Source of the DNA: Thecamonas trahens ATCC 50062
Lineage: Eukaryota > Protista > Apusomonadida
Assembly: GCF_000142905.1 (NCBI RefSeq)
Contig: NW_013657639.1
Coordinates: forward strand, 35,469 to 99,468
Reading direction: 5' to 3'
DNA length: 64,000 nucleotides
In this document: positions 1-11,942 of the stretch, piece after piece
Position numbering within the stretch: position 1 is the first letter of the stretch
Layout: each line of letters starts with the position of its first letter
Position numbers and translations under genes: made by a program
The notes under the pieces: generated by a model
What the model saw: only the letters and a program-made list of their open reading frames with translations
The model's database searches: none
What the model was told of the DNA's origin: nothing

Positions 1-300
1 GGGGCAGGGGGCAGGGGGCAGGGGGAGGGGGGGAAGAGAGGGCCAGGACTGGCATGGCATGCAAGCCATTCGCCACAGGTATGCCTACCATGGGTGTTCC
101 TTGTCCGGCTTTCAGCAGTGTCAGTGGGAACATGGTGCTCGCAGTGAAAGTGGGGTGTGTCCTCCGACCGCCACCTCCCCCCCTCTTCCCCCTCCCCCGC
201 CTCCCGCCTCCCGCCTCCCGCCTCCCGCCTCCACCCGCTCGATTAGCTCAGTATCTACAATCCCGGCAAAACGGTTTAATCGCTACGCAAGAGCACCAAG

Positions 301-1602
301 CTACAGACGCGAGTGCGAAGGCGCGGCCTTGAGGAGGGCGACAACGTCGTGCTTGGAGTACTCGACCGCGACCTGGAGCGGGGTGAGGCCGGCGGCGTTG
401 GTGACCGAGGTGGAGGCGCCAGCGGCGAGGAGGAGCTTGACGACATCGGCGTGGCCAAAGCGCGCGGCGTCGTGGAGCGCCGTGTCGCCATACACGTCCT
501 GCACGTCCGGGTTGATGCCGACCTCGTTGCAGAGGTAGTCGATGACCTGGACGTGGCCCCAGAAGGCCGCCTTGTGCAGCGCCGAGCGCGACGACGAGGC
601 CTCGAGCTGGTGGACGTCAGCGGCGGGCGTAGCCTTCTTGAGCGGGCCAACCGAGCCGTGCATGGCGAGCTCGCGGAACTTGGCCGAGCTGGCGTCGCTC
701 GACGCGCCGGCACCTGAGAACGGGCACTTGCCGCTGGGCGCGGCAGCGGCCGGCGCAACAGGGAACGGCGTGATTGGCGGCTCGACGCCGGGCACGTTGA
801 ACGGATTGCACGCCTCGGGGCAGCCGAGCGCGAGCAGCTTGGCGTACGCCTTGGCAAAGTCGGCAAAGAACAGGTCCTGGTCGTTGGCATACGCCCGCGC
901 CCACTTGGCATACTCGGCATCGGTCCGCATCGCCATGTCCGTCGGCAGCATCATCAGCTCGCCAGTCGCCACGTCCTCGTACTGCAGCGGGCCATCCCAC
1001 TCCTTGACCTGCCACTCCTCGAACATGAGGTTGCGGAAGTACTCGTTGTCGAACGAGAGGTTCTTGCGGGTCCACGGGCCGTCAAAGCCTGACCGCACAA
1101 TGTGCGCCCGCCCCACCGTGTGCCCACCCATCAGCGCCACCGTCTCGCGGTCAGAGAAGCCCATGCGGGTAAAGAACTCGCGGACGTGATCGGCACCCTT
1201 GGACGCGTCCGGAATCCGCCCGTTCTCCGGGCAGCTCGACCCGTCGTCGGCATCAGTCCGCCCAAACGCGTGCGGGACGACCGGGCCGCCCATAAACTCG
1301 GTCGCCACCGCTCCAGCGTAAGTCCACAAGTCCGCCTCGGACACCTCCGGGTGCGCCTTCTTCACCTCGTGCAGCATGTCACGCACAATCGAGAGGCCCT
1401 TGTTGGCATCGTCCGAGATCTCCGGCTCGAACCGCATCGTCGCCCCGTCCGACCCGCCGGTCCCGTCGTGTTTGTCAAACGTCCCGGACGCATGCCACGC
1501 CACCCGCAGCGCAATCGGGCACGAGAACGACTTGCGGTTGATCAGTGCCGCCCGCACCTCTGACTTGAGAGCTTCCATGTTGACCGGCTTGTCCACTGCC
1601 AT
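301..1602 (-). CDS. Class I heme peroxidase (ascorbate/cytochrome c peroxidase hybrid type) fused to C-terminal ankyrin repeats
   Basis: Distal LRVAWHASGTFD, proximal ALMGGHTVGRAH, GFDGPWT, FDNEYF and MMLPTD motifs. Ankyrin repeats SALHKAAFWGH, GDTALHDAARFGH, GLTPLQVA follow. Start uncertain (ATG 1602 MAVDK or 1578 MEALK); the ORF-track extension to 1716 is hexamer-repeat sequence. Confidence 0.9.
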   Translation of the reverse strand: MAVDKPVNMEALKSEVRAALINRKSFSCPIALRVAWHASGTFDKHDGTGGSDGATMRFEPEISDDANKGLSIVRDMLHEVKKAHPEVSEADLWTYAGAVATEFMGGPVVPHAFGRTDADDGSSCPENGRIPDASKGADHVREFFTRMGFSDRETVALMGGHTVGRAHIVRSGFDGPWTRKNLSFDNEYFRNLMFEEWQVKEWDGPLQYEDVATGELMMLPTDMAMRTDAEYAKWARAYANDQDLFFADFAKAYAKLLALGCPEACNPFNVPGVEPPITPFPVAPAAAAPSGKCPFSGAGASSDASSAKFRELAMHGSVGPLKKATPAADVHQLEASSSRSALHKAAFWGHVQVIDYLCNEVGINPDVQDVYGDTALHDAARFGHADVVKLLLAAGASTSVTNAAGLTPLQVAVEYSKHDVVALLKAAPSHSRL

Positions 1603-1869
1603 CCCCATCCCAGTCCCAGTCCCAGTCCAGTCCCAGTCCCAGTCCCCCCGCCCGCCCGATCCCCGGCCCCCGACCCCGACCCACACGCCACACAAGCCCA
1701 AGCCCAAGCCCACCATGAGTCACTCCCGTCCCCACCCCCGCCCCCACCCCCCACTCCCGCTTTCTCTCTCTCCTCTGCTCACATACTGCTGTTGTGTTGC
1801 CTCTGTTGTTCCGAGAGCTGTGTGGCTGCTCCCCCTCCTTGCTGACCTTGCGGCTGCATTTTCTTCGCC

Positions 1870-3577
1870 TCACCACACACGTGCATCGCTACCGGCGCAA
1901 TACGCTTCGACCAGCGCATCCCATGCCTCGCGCTCGTCGTGGGTCATGGCAGAAACCTGCGCTGGCGTGACTTGGTCCACCACCACTGCTTGCCCGCACA
2001 CGCTGACGGTGGCCGTCGACGGATCAAAGCCCTCGTTCTCGTCGTCCTCGCCCTCGCCGCCACCGTCGTACTCGTCGTCGTACTCGCCGGCCTCGTCCAT
2101 ATGCGCCACTCCGTCGGCTTGCCCGGCCCGCCGCCGCTTACGGCCATGGGCCTGGAAAATCGAGTCGAGCTCGCGCTCGAGCTCGAGGTCTTCGGTCGTC
2201 TGCTCGATGACCGGTGCGCCGTCGGGCGAGATCTCGACAAAGGTGACGACAGGGCCGCGGGCCCTCGGGCCGGCCCGCGGCTGTGGCCTGCTCGTGCTCT
2301 CGAGCTCCATCGGCGCGCACTGGGCCGCCGTGCCCGCCCGGCGTCGCTGCTGCTTGCGCCGCGAACACGGACCTCGTCGAGCTTGCGGACGAGCCGCTGC
2401 GAGCGGGCGAGCGCCGACTCGCGCCCACCGCCAAGCTCGAGCTGCGAGACGTCGACGGTGGTGCCCTGCGCCGCCGCCGTTCGCGCCCGCGCCTGAATCC
2501 GCGCCTCGCGGAGGACAAGGTCCTCGTTGGCAATGGCAAACCGCGAGACCTTGATCTGCGGATCGGTCTCGGACGGCGGCGGGACGGCCGGCGCCACCAT
2601 CCACGCCGGCAGCTCGGTCATGCCGCCGGCTTCGCGCGAGGCGTGTGCCGACGACGGCCGGATGTCGACCGTGATCCGCTGCGCGCCCATGCCGAGCTTG
2701 GCCTGCCGCACCTGCCGCAGCCGTGTCTCCTCCTCTTCGTTGAGCTTCCACTTGAGCTCCTCCTCGGTGAGGATGGCATTGTTGCCGTCGGCGTCGACGT
2801 GCCAGGTAAACTGCTGCGTTTGCTCAAGCAGCCGCCCGATGGGATCCAGCTGCTCGTTGAGCCGCTTCTCGCGCGCCAGCAGCGACGCGTGCTCGGTCTT
2901 GGCGTCAATCCGCTCGAGCCGAACCCCGCATCGTGCACACCGAAAGTGGCCCGTCGCCGCCTCCATGTCGCCAAACTTCTTGCCGCACGTCTTGCACTCA
3001 AAGGCAAACCGCGCCACCGCCGTGATCGCCTCTTCCATCTGCTTCTTCATCTTGACAAACCGGTACGTCACCGCGTCGACCACGCCCTTAAAGTTGATCC
3101 AATAGTAGTCGTTGGCTGTCCCCTTAAAGTCAGCAATCGTGTACTCGTGGCCCTCCTTGAACTCGAGCTCGGGCTCGGCTGTGATCCGCTTCTTGGTCAC
3201 CATCCGCTCCAGCTCCAGCGGCTTGAGATACATCGTCAGCTGCTTCTTCTGGAACTTCATCAGCTCTCTGAGGTCGTCGTCCTTGATCGGCGCCTTGGCC
3301 AGCAGCATGTCCATCAGCACAATCGACGGCCCGTCGTAGAACGCACGCATCACCTTGCGCGTCAGCTCCGCGAGCACCTCGTACCCGACCGTCGCATCGT
3401 TGACCGTCGGCGCCACTCCCATCTTCATCGCCGCCTGCGCGATCATCGAGTCATCGTACGCATCCTCGCGTCCAACCTCACCTCCCCTCCCCCACCTGCG
3501 CCCGTGCCTTTTCCTGCGCCCGCGCCCGCTCCGCTCCCAGCCTCGCCCGCAGCCCTGCTCGCCGTCCCCGACTCCAT
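1870..3577 (-). CDS. GTF2E1: General transcription factor TFIIE alpha subunit
   Basis: Winged helix (RKVMRAFY...YYWINFKGVVDAVTYRF), zinc ribbon CKTC...CARC, acidic C-terminus ending VSAMTHDEREAW. Model: exon 3577-3482, intron 3481-3435 (GTGAGG..CAG), then a -1 frameshift near 2365 (or a 92-nt GT-AG intron 2372-2281) joining ORFs 1944..3611 and 1870..2751. Confidence 0.85.
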
Positions 3578-3584
3578 CGGTCTG

Positions 3585-3636
3585 CCGCCTACAGCCACCG
3601 CCTACAGCCACCGCCTACAGCCACCGCCTACAGCCG
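3585..3636. repeat. 13-bp minisatellite (CCGCCTACAGCCA) x ~4, immediately upstream of the TFIIE start
   Basis: Read directly from the sequence. Confidence 0.85.
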
Positions 3637-3982
3637 CTTTCTGCAACCAAAGCCAGACGTCAAACGCCAAAGAGCTCGTTCCACACAACCTTGGAACACG
3701 CCGACTCGCTCCAACCCCACGAGCTCAACGCACCCGACCACCTTCAAGTCGAGTCTGCACCACTCCGCCTCCGCCACCACCGACGACCACCCCTCCCCCA
3801 TTCCCCCCCTCCCCACCCTCACCACCCAAGTCGCACTAACAATTTTTTCACACCACCCCCCACCCCCCACCCCCTCCCGTACAACCTCACAACCCAACCA
3901 ATTCCCCCCCCTTCTCCTCCCTCCCTTCCACCACCACCCCTCCCCCACCCCCCACCCCCACCCCCCACCACCCCCACCATTC

Positions 3983-6900
3983 ATGCCCCACTTTATCACT
4001 CTCACCGAAGTAGAGGACGCAGCAGCACGACGTATCCAATGGTTCTTCCACACAGCCCGCCTCCGACGGCAGGCCGTGTCGGCTGCCTCGGCGGCTGCCT
4101 GTGACACGCTCCACACCCGTGGTCTGGACAAGTTGGGCGAGATGACAAGGACTGCTGCTGCTGCCCACTGGTTGGCGGCGTCTCTCTCGCAGCACAGCTC
4201 TACCTCTGCCACATGTCCATCCATCTCACCGTCGCCATCGCCATCGCCATCGCCATCGCCATCGCCATCGCCATCGCCGCACTCGCGCCCTCCTCCTCGC
4301 GCTTCCCGCTCTACAAAGGCTCACGCCTCGTCATCATCGCCTGCATCGTCAGCTCCGCCCTCGCCGAGCGCACCTCGTCCTCAGCCACTAAGACCGCCCC
4401 AGGCCTGTGGCTTTCCTCGTGGTCTCTCCGATGGCGATCTGGTCTCCGCGCCCATGATGGGCACGCCGCCGCCCGCCTCCCCGTTGCCGGGCGCTCTGGG
4501 CGCGCTGGTGGCGTCGGTGACCAATGGCCCAGCTGCGCCTGCGGCCGTGGCCCATGCCACCGACAATCAAGAGGCTTGTCCCGACTCGGGAACCGGCATT
4601 GACGCGCTGATGCGTCGTTGCCTGGTCCAGCTGGTCGAGGATGCCGTGCCAGAAGGCGCAGACCCGGCCTCGGTCCTGCACGACGCCCGCCTCGCCACCA
4701 CAACCTCGCTTGTCCTCGCCGTCTATCCGCTGTGGATGTCTGCCGCCTGGCTTGCCCGTCTCCTTGTCCGCCGCATCGTCGCTCCGGCCACCCCGCCGTC
4801 GGTTGCGCAGGCGCTCCTCTACGTCCTCTCGGCGTGGTGGCGGCTCCTTTCGCGTCCGCGGCTCGGGCCGGGCGGATTAGTCGAACCGTCGGTCTCGGCC
4901 CTCGACGTCGCCGCCTTCATCACTGCCGGCCTCTCCTCGTGGGCGCCACGCCATCCCGACGTTGCCGCCGCCTCGGCTACCCTCCTTGTCCGCGTCTCTG
5001 CACCGCTCGCCCTCCCGCCGACCGACCTTCCACCGCCGACTCCTGTCGTGCCTTCAGCTTCGCTCCTCCGCAAGGCTGGTCCGCTCGCGACCATGCGCGC
5101 CGACGTCGCTGGGTTCAACGAGCGTCTTGCACTCGGGAGAGTCACCTCCTCCAAGTCGCTCCTCGCCAACGACGCGCTCCTCGTCGCCTCGCAGCTGACC
5201 CTCATTGAGTCAGCCTCGTTTGCTCGCATCGACCTTGTCGAGTGGCACGCCTACATCCGGCTCTATCCGCGCCTCGCCGCCGCCCGCCTCGCCCCGCACA
5301 CCGCCTGGCCGCTCGTTGCTGCTGCACCCAACCTCACCACCCTCCTGCTCCGTCAGGAGGCCGTCTCCGCCTGGGCTCGCTCGCTCGTCCTGCAGCCGCA
5401 GTTTCTCAACGCCCAGCTGGTCCGTGTCGTGTGGCTTGTCCAGGTTGCGCGCTTTGCCTTTGACCTCCGCAACCACGCCACCGCCGCCGCCATCGTCACC
5501 GGCCTCCTCTCGCTCCAGGTCCGCTCTGCCACCGCCCTCTGGCGCCACCTGCCAAAGGCCACTGGCATGCTCCTCGCCGAGCTCCATGCCGCCCTCCTCG
5601 CGCCGGCAGGCGACTCGCCGTTTGCCGCCACCTCGCGCTACCTCGACGAGACCAACGACTCATGGCTCGCCCTCGACGAGCTTGCGCCGCATCTCGCGTG
5701 TGTCGCGCCTCGCCTCGCCCATGCCCGTCGCGGCTTCCGCCTCCTCTCGCGGCTGTGGTCCAAGCGCGGCGGTGGCTCGCCGCTCATCCCGGTCGTCCCG
5801 CGCATCCTGCACGCCATGATCACCTCGGTCCCCTGCGGCGCGTGCATCGCCCACCTCCCGTCGCGCCCAGCCTTTATGGTCGCCTCGCTGGTCGCCTCTC
5901 TCGATGCCCTCGACCCGCTCGCCTCAGCCCTCTCCTCGCTCACCCGCCTCTCCGCCGCCCACGCCGGCTATGCCCTCCTCACCACCGCCCTCTCTACACA
6001 CCGCGTCTACGGCCAGTTCCCGATCGCTTCGCCCACCCTTCTCGCCCTCGTCGACCGCACCATCTGGCGCCCTCTGCTCGACGCCTACTCGCTCTCGCCG
6101 CACGACTCGACCGGCCCGCCCGAGGCCACCCTCCTCGCCGCCGCCCGCATCTCGCCGCTCCTCGACCCCATGCAGGGCCTGGTCCCGCACGCTTGCTCGC
6201 CGCTGCCGCTCTCGCTCGACGCATTTGCCGCAGAGCCTGGCGCTGCCACCCCCCACGTCTGGGAGGCTGCGCTCGTCGAGGCTCACCCGGCCCGGCCCTC
6301 GGGCCCTTCGGGCCTCTTCTCGCTTGGCCGTATGCTCCTTGGCGCCGTCTTTCCCGAGGCCGGCCTCCACTCGCCGTCGGCCTCGGTCGGCACCCGCCCA
6401 CACACCCGTCTCTGGGGCTACCTCGCCATCCACAACTCCAAGGGCCTCTACTTTGTCGCCACTCCGCGCCTCGGCCCGCGCACAGAGCGCATGGTCACCT
6501 GGGACGCCGTCGCCACCATGGCTCTCGGATCCTCCGGCTCTGCCCTGCTCATCCGCACCCGCCTCGGCGCTGTCTACACATTTACCCACATCACCCCGCT
6601 GTGGAGCCCGGACCCGTCGCCCCACCGCAACATCTCCCGCCCGCCGCCCGCCGACGTCCTCCTCAACACCCTCCACACCCAGATGGCCAAGTTCCGCGCA
6701 GACACCGACGCCTCGGCCCTCTCGCAGACCCTAGTCGCCCACAATGTCAACTCGCCAGGCTCGACCCCGCGCGGCGCGTCTGCCGCACGCCGGGTTCCGC
6801 CCCGCAAGCCACCGCTCCCGCCGTCAAACTCGACCGAGGCCGAGCTGTACGACGACGAGTCGACCGAGCTCAACGCTTCCTTTGCCGCCCCGGCCACCAC

Positions 6901-7912
6901 CACAGACTCGATCCTCATCTTTTCCGACGACTCGCTCACCACAGGCTGGGACGCTCTCTCGTTCTCCTCCTCCGGTCCTGACCCGTACTTCTCGTCGTCT
7001 TCCGGCGCTTCGGGCGGGCCCGGTACCCTCTCCGACTCGGCCTGCGCCGCCGACCGCTCGTCGCCCAACCCGCGCGCGCGTGCCCGTCGCTCGCCCATCC
7101 CCTTTGCCGACGATGCCGCCGCGCTCAAGCGCGCCCAGAAGAAGCGCGTGCCGCCGTGGAAGCGCGCTCGCCTCCGCCGCGCGCTCCCGGCCCCGCCGCG
7201 CGTCGCAAGACCGTCGCGTGTCTCTCAGGAGGCGCTCGCCAAAGAGTATCTCGAGGCCTCCGAGGGTGCCCCGCTCGAGTCGGGTATCGCGCTGCAGGAA
7301 GTCAACTCGAACCGCGGCATCGTGCTGTTTTCATTCGACACCCTCAAGCCCGGTCGCGCCTACACCTCGCTCACGTCGGGCCTCCGCATCTCGCGCTCCG
7401 GTGAAGGCTCGATCCGCATCGGCAACAAGCTCTTCTCCATCCCGGTCACCCAGTCGCTCTCACCAACTCTTGCTGTCTCGACTCCGTCGCTCCGCCAGAA
7501 GCGCTCGTCCGAGCTTGTCCGGCTCGCCCACATCAACTCGGCCCTCGCCGCCCAGCACGACCGCGAAGCCGCCCGCGCCGCAAAGGCCGTCATGCTTTAC
7601 GAGCGCGCACAGGCTCACATCCGCGCCAAAGAGGCCCGTGCAGAGGCCCGCGCCCGTGCAGACTTTGAGCGCGAGCGCCGTGCAGCATTCAAGTCCCGCA
7701 GGGACGCCGTCGCTGCTCAGCGGCGCCGCGTTGCCGCACGCCGTGCCGCACGTCCGACCTCGCCAAACGCATCGAACCCGACCTCGCCGACCTCGTCCTC
7801 GTCGGCTGCACGCAAATCGCGCACCCGGACAAAGTCGTCCACTAAGCGCGCCCGCCCGCAACCGCCACTACCGGTCCCGGTCGAGGCCGCGCCAACCGCA
7901 GTGACACCGTAG
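3983..7912 (+). CDS. RasGEF (CDC25-like) domain protein with REM region, possible GRAM/PH-like domain and basic coiled-coil tail
   Basis: DALLVASQLTLIESASFARID...APNL...VSAWARSLVL...VQVARFAFDLRNHATAAAIVTGL matches the RasGEF core. LAVYPLWMSAAWLARLL is REM-like. Single 1309-aa ORF. Confidence 0.7.
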   Translation: MPHFITLTEVEDAAARRIQWFFHTARLRRQAVSAASAAACDTLHTRGLDKLGEMTRTAAAAHWLAASLSQHSSTSATCPSISPSPSPSPSPSPSPSPSPHSRPPPRASRSTKAHASSSSPASSAPPSPSAPRPQPLRPPQACGFPRGLSDGDLVSAPMMGTPPPASPLPGALGALVASVTNGPAAPAAVAHATDNQEACPDSGTGIDALMRRCLVQLVEDAVPEGADPASVLHDARLATTTSLVLAVYPLWMSAAWLARLLVRRIVAPATPPSVAQALLYVLSAWWRLLSRPRLGPGGLVEPSVSALDVAAFITAGLSSWAPRHPDVAAASATLLVRVSAPLALPPTDLPPPTPVVPSASLLRKAGPLATMRADVAGFNERLALGRVTSSKSLLANDALLVASQLTLIESASFARIDLVEWHAYIRLYPRLAAARLAPHTAWPLVAAAPNLTTLLLRQEAVSAWARSLVLQPQFLNAQLVRVVWLVQVARFAFDLRNHATAAAIVTGLLSLQVRSATALWRHLPKATGMLLAELHAALLAPAGDSPFAATSRYLDETNDSWLALDELAPHLACVAPRLAHARRGFRLLSRLWSKRGGGSPLIPVVPRILHAMITSVPCGACIAHLPSRPAFMVASLVASLDALDPLASALSSLTRLSAAHAGYALLTTALSTHRVYGQFPIASPTLLALVDRTIWRPLLDAYSLSPHDSTGPPEATLLAAARISPLLDPMQGLVPHACSPLPLSLDAFAAEPGAATPHVWEAALVEAHPARPSGPSGLFSLGRMLLGAVFPEAGLHSPSASVGTRPHTRLWGYLAIHNSKGLYFVATPRLGPRTERMVTWDAVATMALGSSGSALLIRTRLGAVYTFTHITPLWSPDPSPHRNISRPPPADVLLNTLHTQMAKFRADTDASALSQTLVAHNVNSPGSTPRGASAARRVPPRKPPLPPSNSTEAELYDDESTELNASFAAPATTTDSILIFSDDSLTTGWDALSFSSSGPDPYFSSSSGASGGPGTLSDSACAADRSSPNPRARARRSPIPFADDAAALKRAQKKRVPPWKRARLRRALPAPPRVARPSRVSQEALAKEYLEASEGAPLESGIALQEVNSNRGIVLFSFDTLKPGRAYTSLTSGLRISRSGEGSIRIGNKLFSIPVTQSLSPTLAVSTPSLRQKRSSELVRLAHINSALAAQHDREAARAAKAVMLYERAQAHIRAKEARAEARARADFERERRAAFKSRRDAVAAQRRRVAARRAARPTSPNASNPTSPTSSSSAARKSRTRTKSSTKRARPQPPLPVPVEAAPTAVTP

Positions 7913-7916
7913 CAGC

Positions 7917-7973
7917 TCACGCAGACCCAGCCGCCGCGCCCGAGCCCGAGCTCGAACTCGAGTATGAGTAGCT

Positions 7974-8020
<47 letters not shown>

Positions 8021-10630
8021 AGCTGGCGCTTGTCAGCGCCGTGCCTCCGTTTTTGCCGGTAGACTCGGTCGCCGGCACCGAGCCCGACGTGGGCGAGTAG
8101 TTGTCCGAGTCAGTGCCCGAGAGCGAGTCGAAGGCGCCCGACCGCGACCGCGACCTCGCGCGGAGCACCGGGTGCAGGGTCGGCGTCAGTCGCCGCCCTC
8201 GCGAACCCTCACGCATATGCTCTACCGCCGAGTCGTCGTCCTCGTTGTCCGAGTCAATGGCCGAGTCGTCCGACGCCGAGCCGGCGTTCGACGAAAGCGA
8301 CGACTCGCGCGACTGGATGCTCGCTCGGGTAGTCGCCAGCCACCGCCGTCCGAGCATGACCGAGAGCGAGATAGCGGCCATTGACTTGACCTTGACCGCC
8401 GCCGCCATCACCTCCTGGGCCGGAATGACAATGTCTGGCTCCTCGACCGGCGACAGCGGCGCGGCGCCTCCGCAGGTCACCCACTCGTTGGCCATGATGT
8501 CAGCCATAGTGTACCGCGCGTCCGGATCCTTGGTCAGCAGGCCGTCGAGGAGCTCCCGGAGCGCCGGCGGCGTCGCCGGCGACGCCGGATACTCGACCGA
8601 GTTGTGGAGGATGGCGTCAAAAAGCTTCTTCTGCGTTGCAAACGGATTGCCTCCCGGCGGAGGCTCGAAAGGTAGCGCGCCAAAGACAAATGAGTAGAGC
8701 GTGACGCCGAGCGCCCAGAGGTCGACCGGCTTGCCCTTGACGTCGGACGACGCACAGAGCTCAGGCGCCATAAACGCGGGTGTGCCCTTGGATGCCGTCG
8801 TCATCACGTCAGTCGTCTCAAACACGAGCGCCACCCAAAGTCGGCAATCTTGACCGTCCCGTCTCGGCTCAACAACAGATTCTCCGGCTTGAGGTCGCGG
8901 TGGATTACGTGGTGCGAGTGGAGGTAGTCGAGGCCCTGCACCACGTCGCGAAAGTAGTTGCATGCCGTGCCTAGCGTCGGCAGCGACTTGTGCAACGAGA
9001 TGTCGAGCGAGAGCCCGCCAGGCAGGTACTCCATCACCAGGTACACCAGCGGGCCGGTTCCCTGCGACGCGTGGAGCGGCTTCTCGTACATGACCTCGAC
9101 GAGCTTGACCACGTTTGGATGCGTCAGCCGCTTCATAACCGCAATCTCGTGCCGCGCCCCGAGCTCGTCGTCAAGCAGCGCCTTGGCCTCGGGTCCCAGC
9201 TCGTACGAGTCTGACGTCACAGATCGTGACGATGGCCGCAAAGACGACGACGCCGCCGCCGCCTTTGTGCTGATCGTCGTCGGCGCTGCAGACACTGCTC
9301 GCCCACTGCTCCGCACCCGCCGCGCGTCCAGTGCCCGCACCCGCGCCTCGCTGTGTGACTTGGCATCGGTCCCTGACCGCCGGCCAGCCGCCCGTGCCAG
9401 CGACGCAAACCGCTTTGCAGGCGGCCCACGCACGAGCGGCCGCGACGGTAGCACCTTGCGCGAGATCGACGTGTTGGGTAGAACCTTCATCGCAAACGTA
9501 AACTGGTGCTCGTCGACAACAGCCTCGTCCAGCGGCCGCTCGGCACGCGCCTTGGCCGCCGCCTTGGCCGCCGCCTTGGCCTTGAGTGTATCGACTACCT
9601 TGTACACATCGCCAAATGAGCCCTTGCCGACCTTGCCTACAATTTTGAACTGGTTGACCATGATCGAGCCCGAGTCCTTTCGCTTGTGAACTCCATAAGT
9701 CTCGCCCACACCGAGGTGGCTCGAGTGTCGCACCAGCGGGTCGCCGCTCCGCTGCAGCAGAGGCGACGTCTTGTTCTTTGCTAGCGGGTTGACTCCGACG
9801 TCAGAGCTTCCAGTCTCGGACGCTGCCAAGCTCGAGTCGCTGTACTGCAGGTTGACGTCCGAGAGGGAGCCGCCGATTCCGAGCTGCAGCGAGCGTACAA
9901 GCACAGTGCCCGAGCCCGAGCCCGAGCCCGAGACTGATCCACTGCCGTCGTCCGAGCCCGAGCCGGGGCCCAAGCACGTTGCGTCACTCACTGCCGCCAG
10001 CTCGTGTGCAGTCACAGTCGCGTCGACTCCGTCGTCCTCAAACGCCGTCACTTGCAAGACTGGCATCGACTTGTCGAGCGCAAACGCCGCGTCCGGCGAG
10101 AGCATGCTGGTCACGTTCTTGCAGCCGTCGCCATCAGCCTCAGTCCGCACCACCGGAGTAGCTGGCTGGTGCACAATGTCCGGGACCACGCCGGTCGGGC
10201 CCAAGCCATGTGTGGCTACAGTCGGCGGCAGCCTGCTGCCGGTTGCTGCGGCATCTCCCTCTCTGTCATCGCCGTCCAACTCGTCAAAGAGGGAGAGGCG
10301 AGAGAAGGCACCCGGGCCGAGAGTGGTCGACTTTGACTTGCGTAAGCCCCTACCTGATGACGACGATGACGAGCCGTGTCCAGCCCCTGCTGCAGCAGCA
10401 GCAGCAGCTCTCCGAGCATCCACCGGAAGATGATGGCTCTCACCAGGAGCAACCAAACTCTGTCCGTGGCGCAAGCCGTCTCCGGCCTGTCCAGAGGAGG
10501 GACCACCCAGAGTAGCAATGGCATCAGCAGGATCAGCATGAACTGTGATATCGAATACCTTGCCCAGGTCCATGGTGGGTGTTGATGGTGTCGTCGGGGT
10601 GGCGGGGGTGGCTGGAGGGGGTGACGACAT
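7917..10630 (-). CDS. CaMKK/GRIK-family Ser/Thr protein kinase, with an apparent -1 frameshift at the DFG motif (~8834)
   Basis: [43 protein letters not shown] and KIADFG in ORF 8804..10630. [16 protein letters not shown] and [14 protein letters not shown] continue in ORF 7917..8963. One base is missing in GACTTTGG^GTGGCG. Confidence 0.88.
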
Positions 10631-10913
10631 GATCAGTGTGGGGACGGGGGGAGGGGGGAGGGGGAGGGGAGGGTGGTGGTGGGAGTGGTGGGAGTGGTGG
10701 CTGTGGGAGTGGTGGTGAGGGAAAGGAGGGTGGTGGTGGCTGTGGGAGTGGAGTGGTGGGGATGGTGGCTGTGTGTGGGGGGGTGGGGGGTGGCTCTGTG
10801 TTCGGTCCGTCGGAACCGCGTGCTGCGGCTGGGCGTCACTGATTTGTGCTGTGCACGAGTTGCGGGGGGAAAAGGGAAAGGAAGGGGGGGGGAGTGGGGG
10901 GGAGGAAAGGCTC

Positions 10914-11942
10914 CTACAACATGCCGCCCTTAATCAGCCGCAGAATGTCGTAGTAGTTGCCGTATGCGGTCTGAGCCACGCCCGGATCGGTCTCAAAGAC
11001 AGTGGTCGGGCCCATGGTGTCGGTGACTACCGTGAGCGCCGACGACGAGCCGACGACGTGGGCGAGCGGGTTGCTGAGCGGGAGACGGCGGAGGGCCACA
11101 GATCCGGTCCCGGTCGCGATGTCGCCCGAGCACACAACCTTGAGCACCTCGCCAGCCGCGGCCGCGTCGGCAATGTCGGCTGCAGTGACGCCGGCGACCG
11201 AGTCGCGGACAATGTCGGTCGGGCGGACCGAGTGTGGCGACCAGACGTTGAGGAGGGCGGCGACCTTGGCGGCGGCGTCCCAGCCGTCCATGTCGGTCGA
11301 CGGGTCGGCCTCGGCAATGCCGACGGCCTGGGCGCTGGCGATGGCATCGGCCATAGAGACGCCGTCGGCCATGGCGCAGAGCACAATGTTCGAGGTCGAG
11401 TTGAGGATGCCCTCGAAGGAGACGACCTTGGAGCCGGTCAGCGCCTCGTCGACAAGGCTGAACACCGGCGCGCCGTCCATGACCACCGACTCGAAGCGGA
11501 AGCCCACACCAGCCTGCTTAGCTGCCGCCGCAAGCTCTTTGTACTGCGTGGCCACGGGGCCCTTGTTCGAGGTCACCACGTGCTTGCCGGCGGCAAAAGC
11601 GGCACGGATGTACGACGCCGCAGGCTCGCCCGTCTCAAAGTCCAGCACTGAGTTCTCCACCACCACTGCGCCCGGTGAGACCGCCAGCATCTCCTCCACT
11701 GACTCGATCGTTGTCCACGCCTCGGGCCACTCGCTCCGCTCCGGAAGGCTCAGATCCCCCGGGCTGAGCTCGATCGGATGCTCCACGTCGCGGGTTGCCA
11801 CAGACAGGCCCGATCTCGTCCGGATGCCCGTCACTACAAGCTTGCGCCCGGTCGCCTCGACACAGCGATGGAGGAGCGGAAGAAGCGCCTTGCCCACAGA
11901 GCCAAAGCCAATCAGATCGAGGCCAACCGTCGTCTGCGCCAT
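10914..11942 (-). CDS. hom: Homoserine dehydrogenase (stand-alone, no ACT domain)
   Basis: GFGSVG Rossmann motif, [46 protein letters not shown]; intronless. Confidence 0.92.
   Translation of the reverse strand: MAQTTVGLDLIGFGSVGKALLPLLHRCVEATGRKLVVTGIRTRSGLSVATRDVEHPIELSPGDLSLPERSEWPEAWTTIESVEEMLAVSPGAVVVENSVLDFETGEPAASYIRAAFAAGKHVVTSNKGPVATQYKELAAAAKQAGVGFRFESVVMDGAPVFSLVDEALTGSKVVSFEGILNSTSNIVLCAMADGVSMADAIASAQAVGIAEADPSTDMDGWDAAAKVAALLNVWSPHSVRPTDIVRDSVAGVTAADIADAAAAGEVLKVVCSGDIATGTGSVALRRLPLSNPLAHVVGSSSALTVVTDTMGPTTVFETDPGVAQTAYGNYYDILRLIKGGML

Noticed and set aside
237-310. tRNA-like start GCTCGATTAGCTCAGT
   Set aside because: No D-loop GG, anticodon arm, TTCG T-loop or complementary acceptor stem follows.
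7917-10630. Calling the frameshifted genes pseudogenes
   Set aside because: Catalytic motifs are intact, I see no other signs of decay, and conserved genes such as TFIIE and AHI1 are affected. Single-base assembly errors are more likely.
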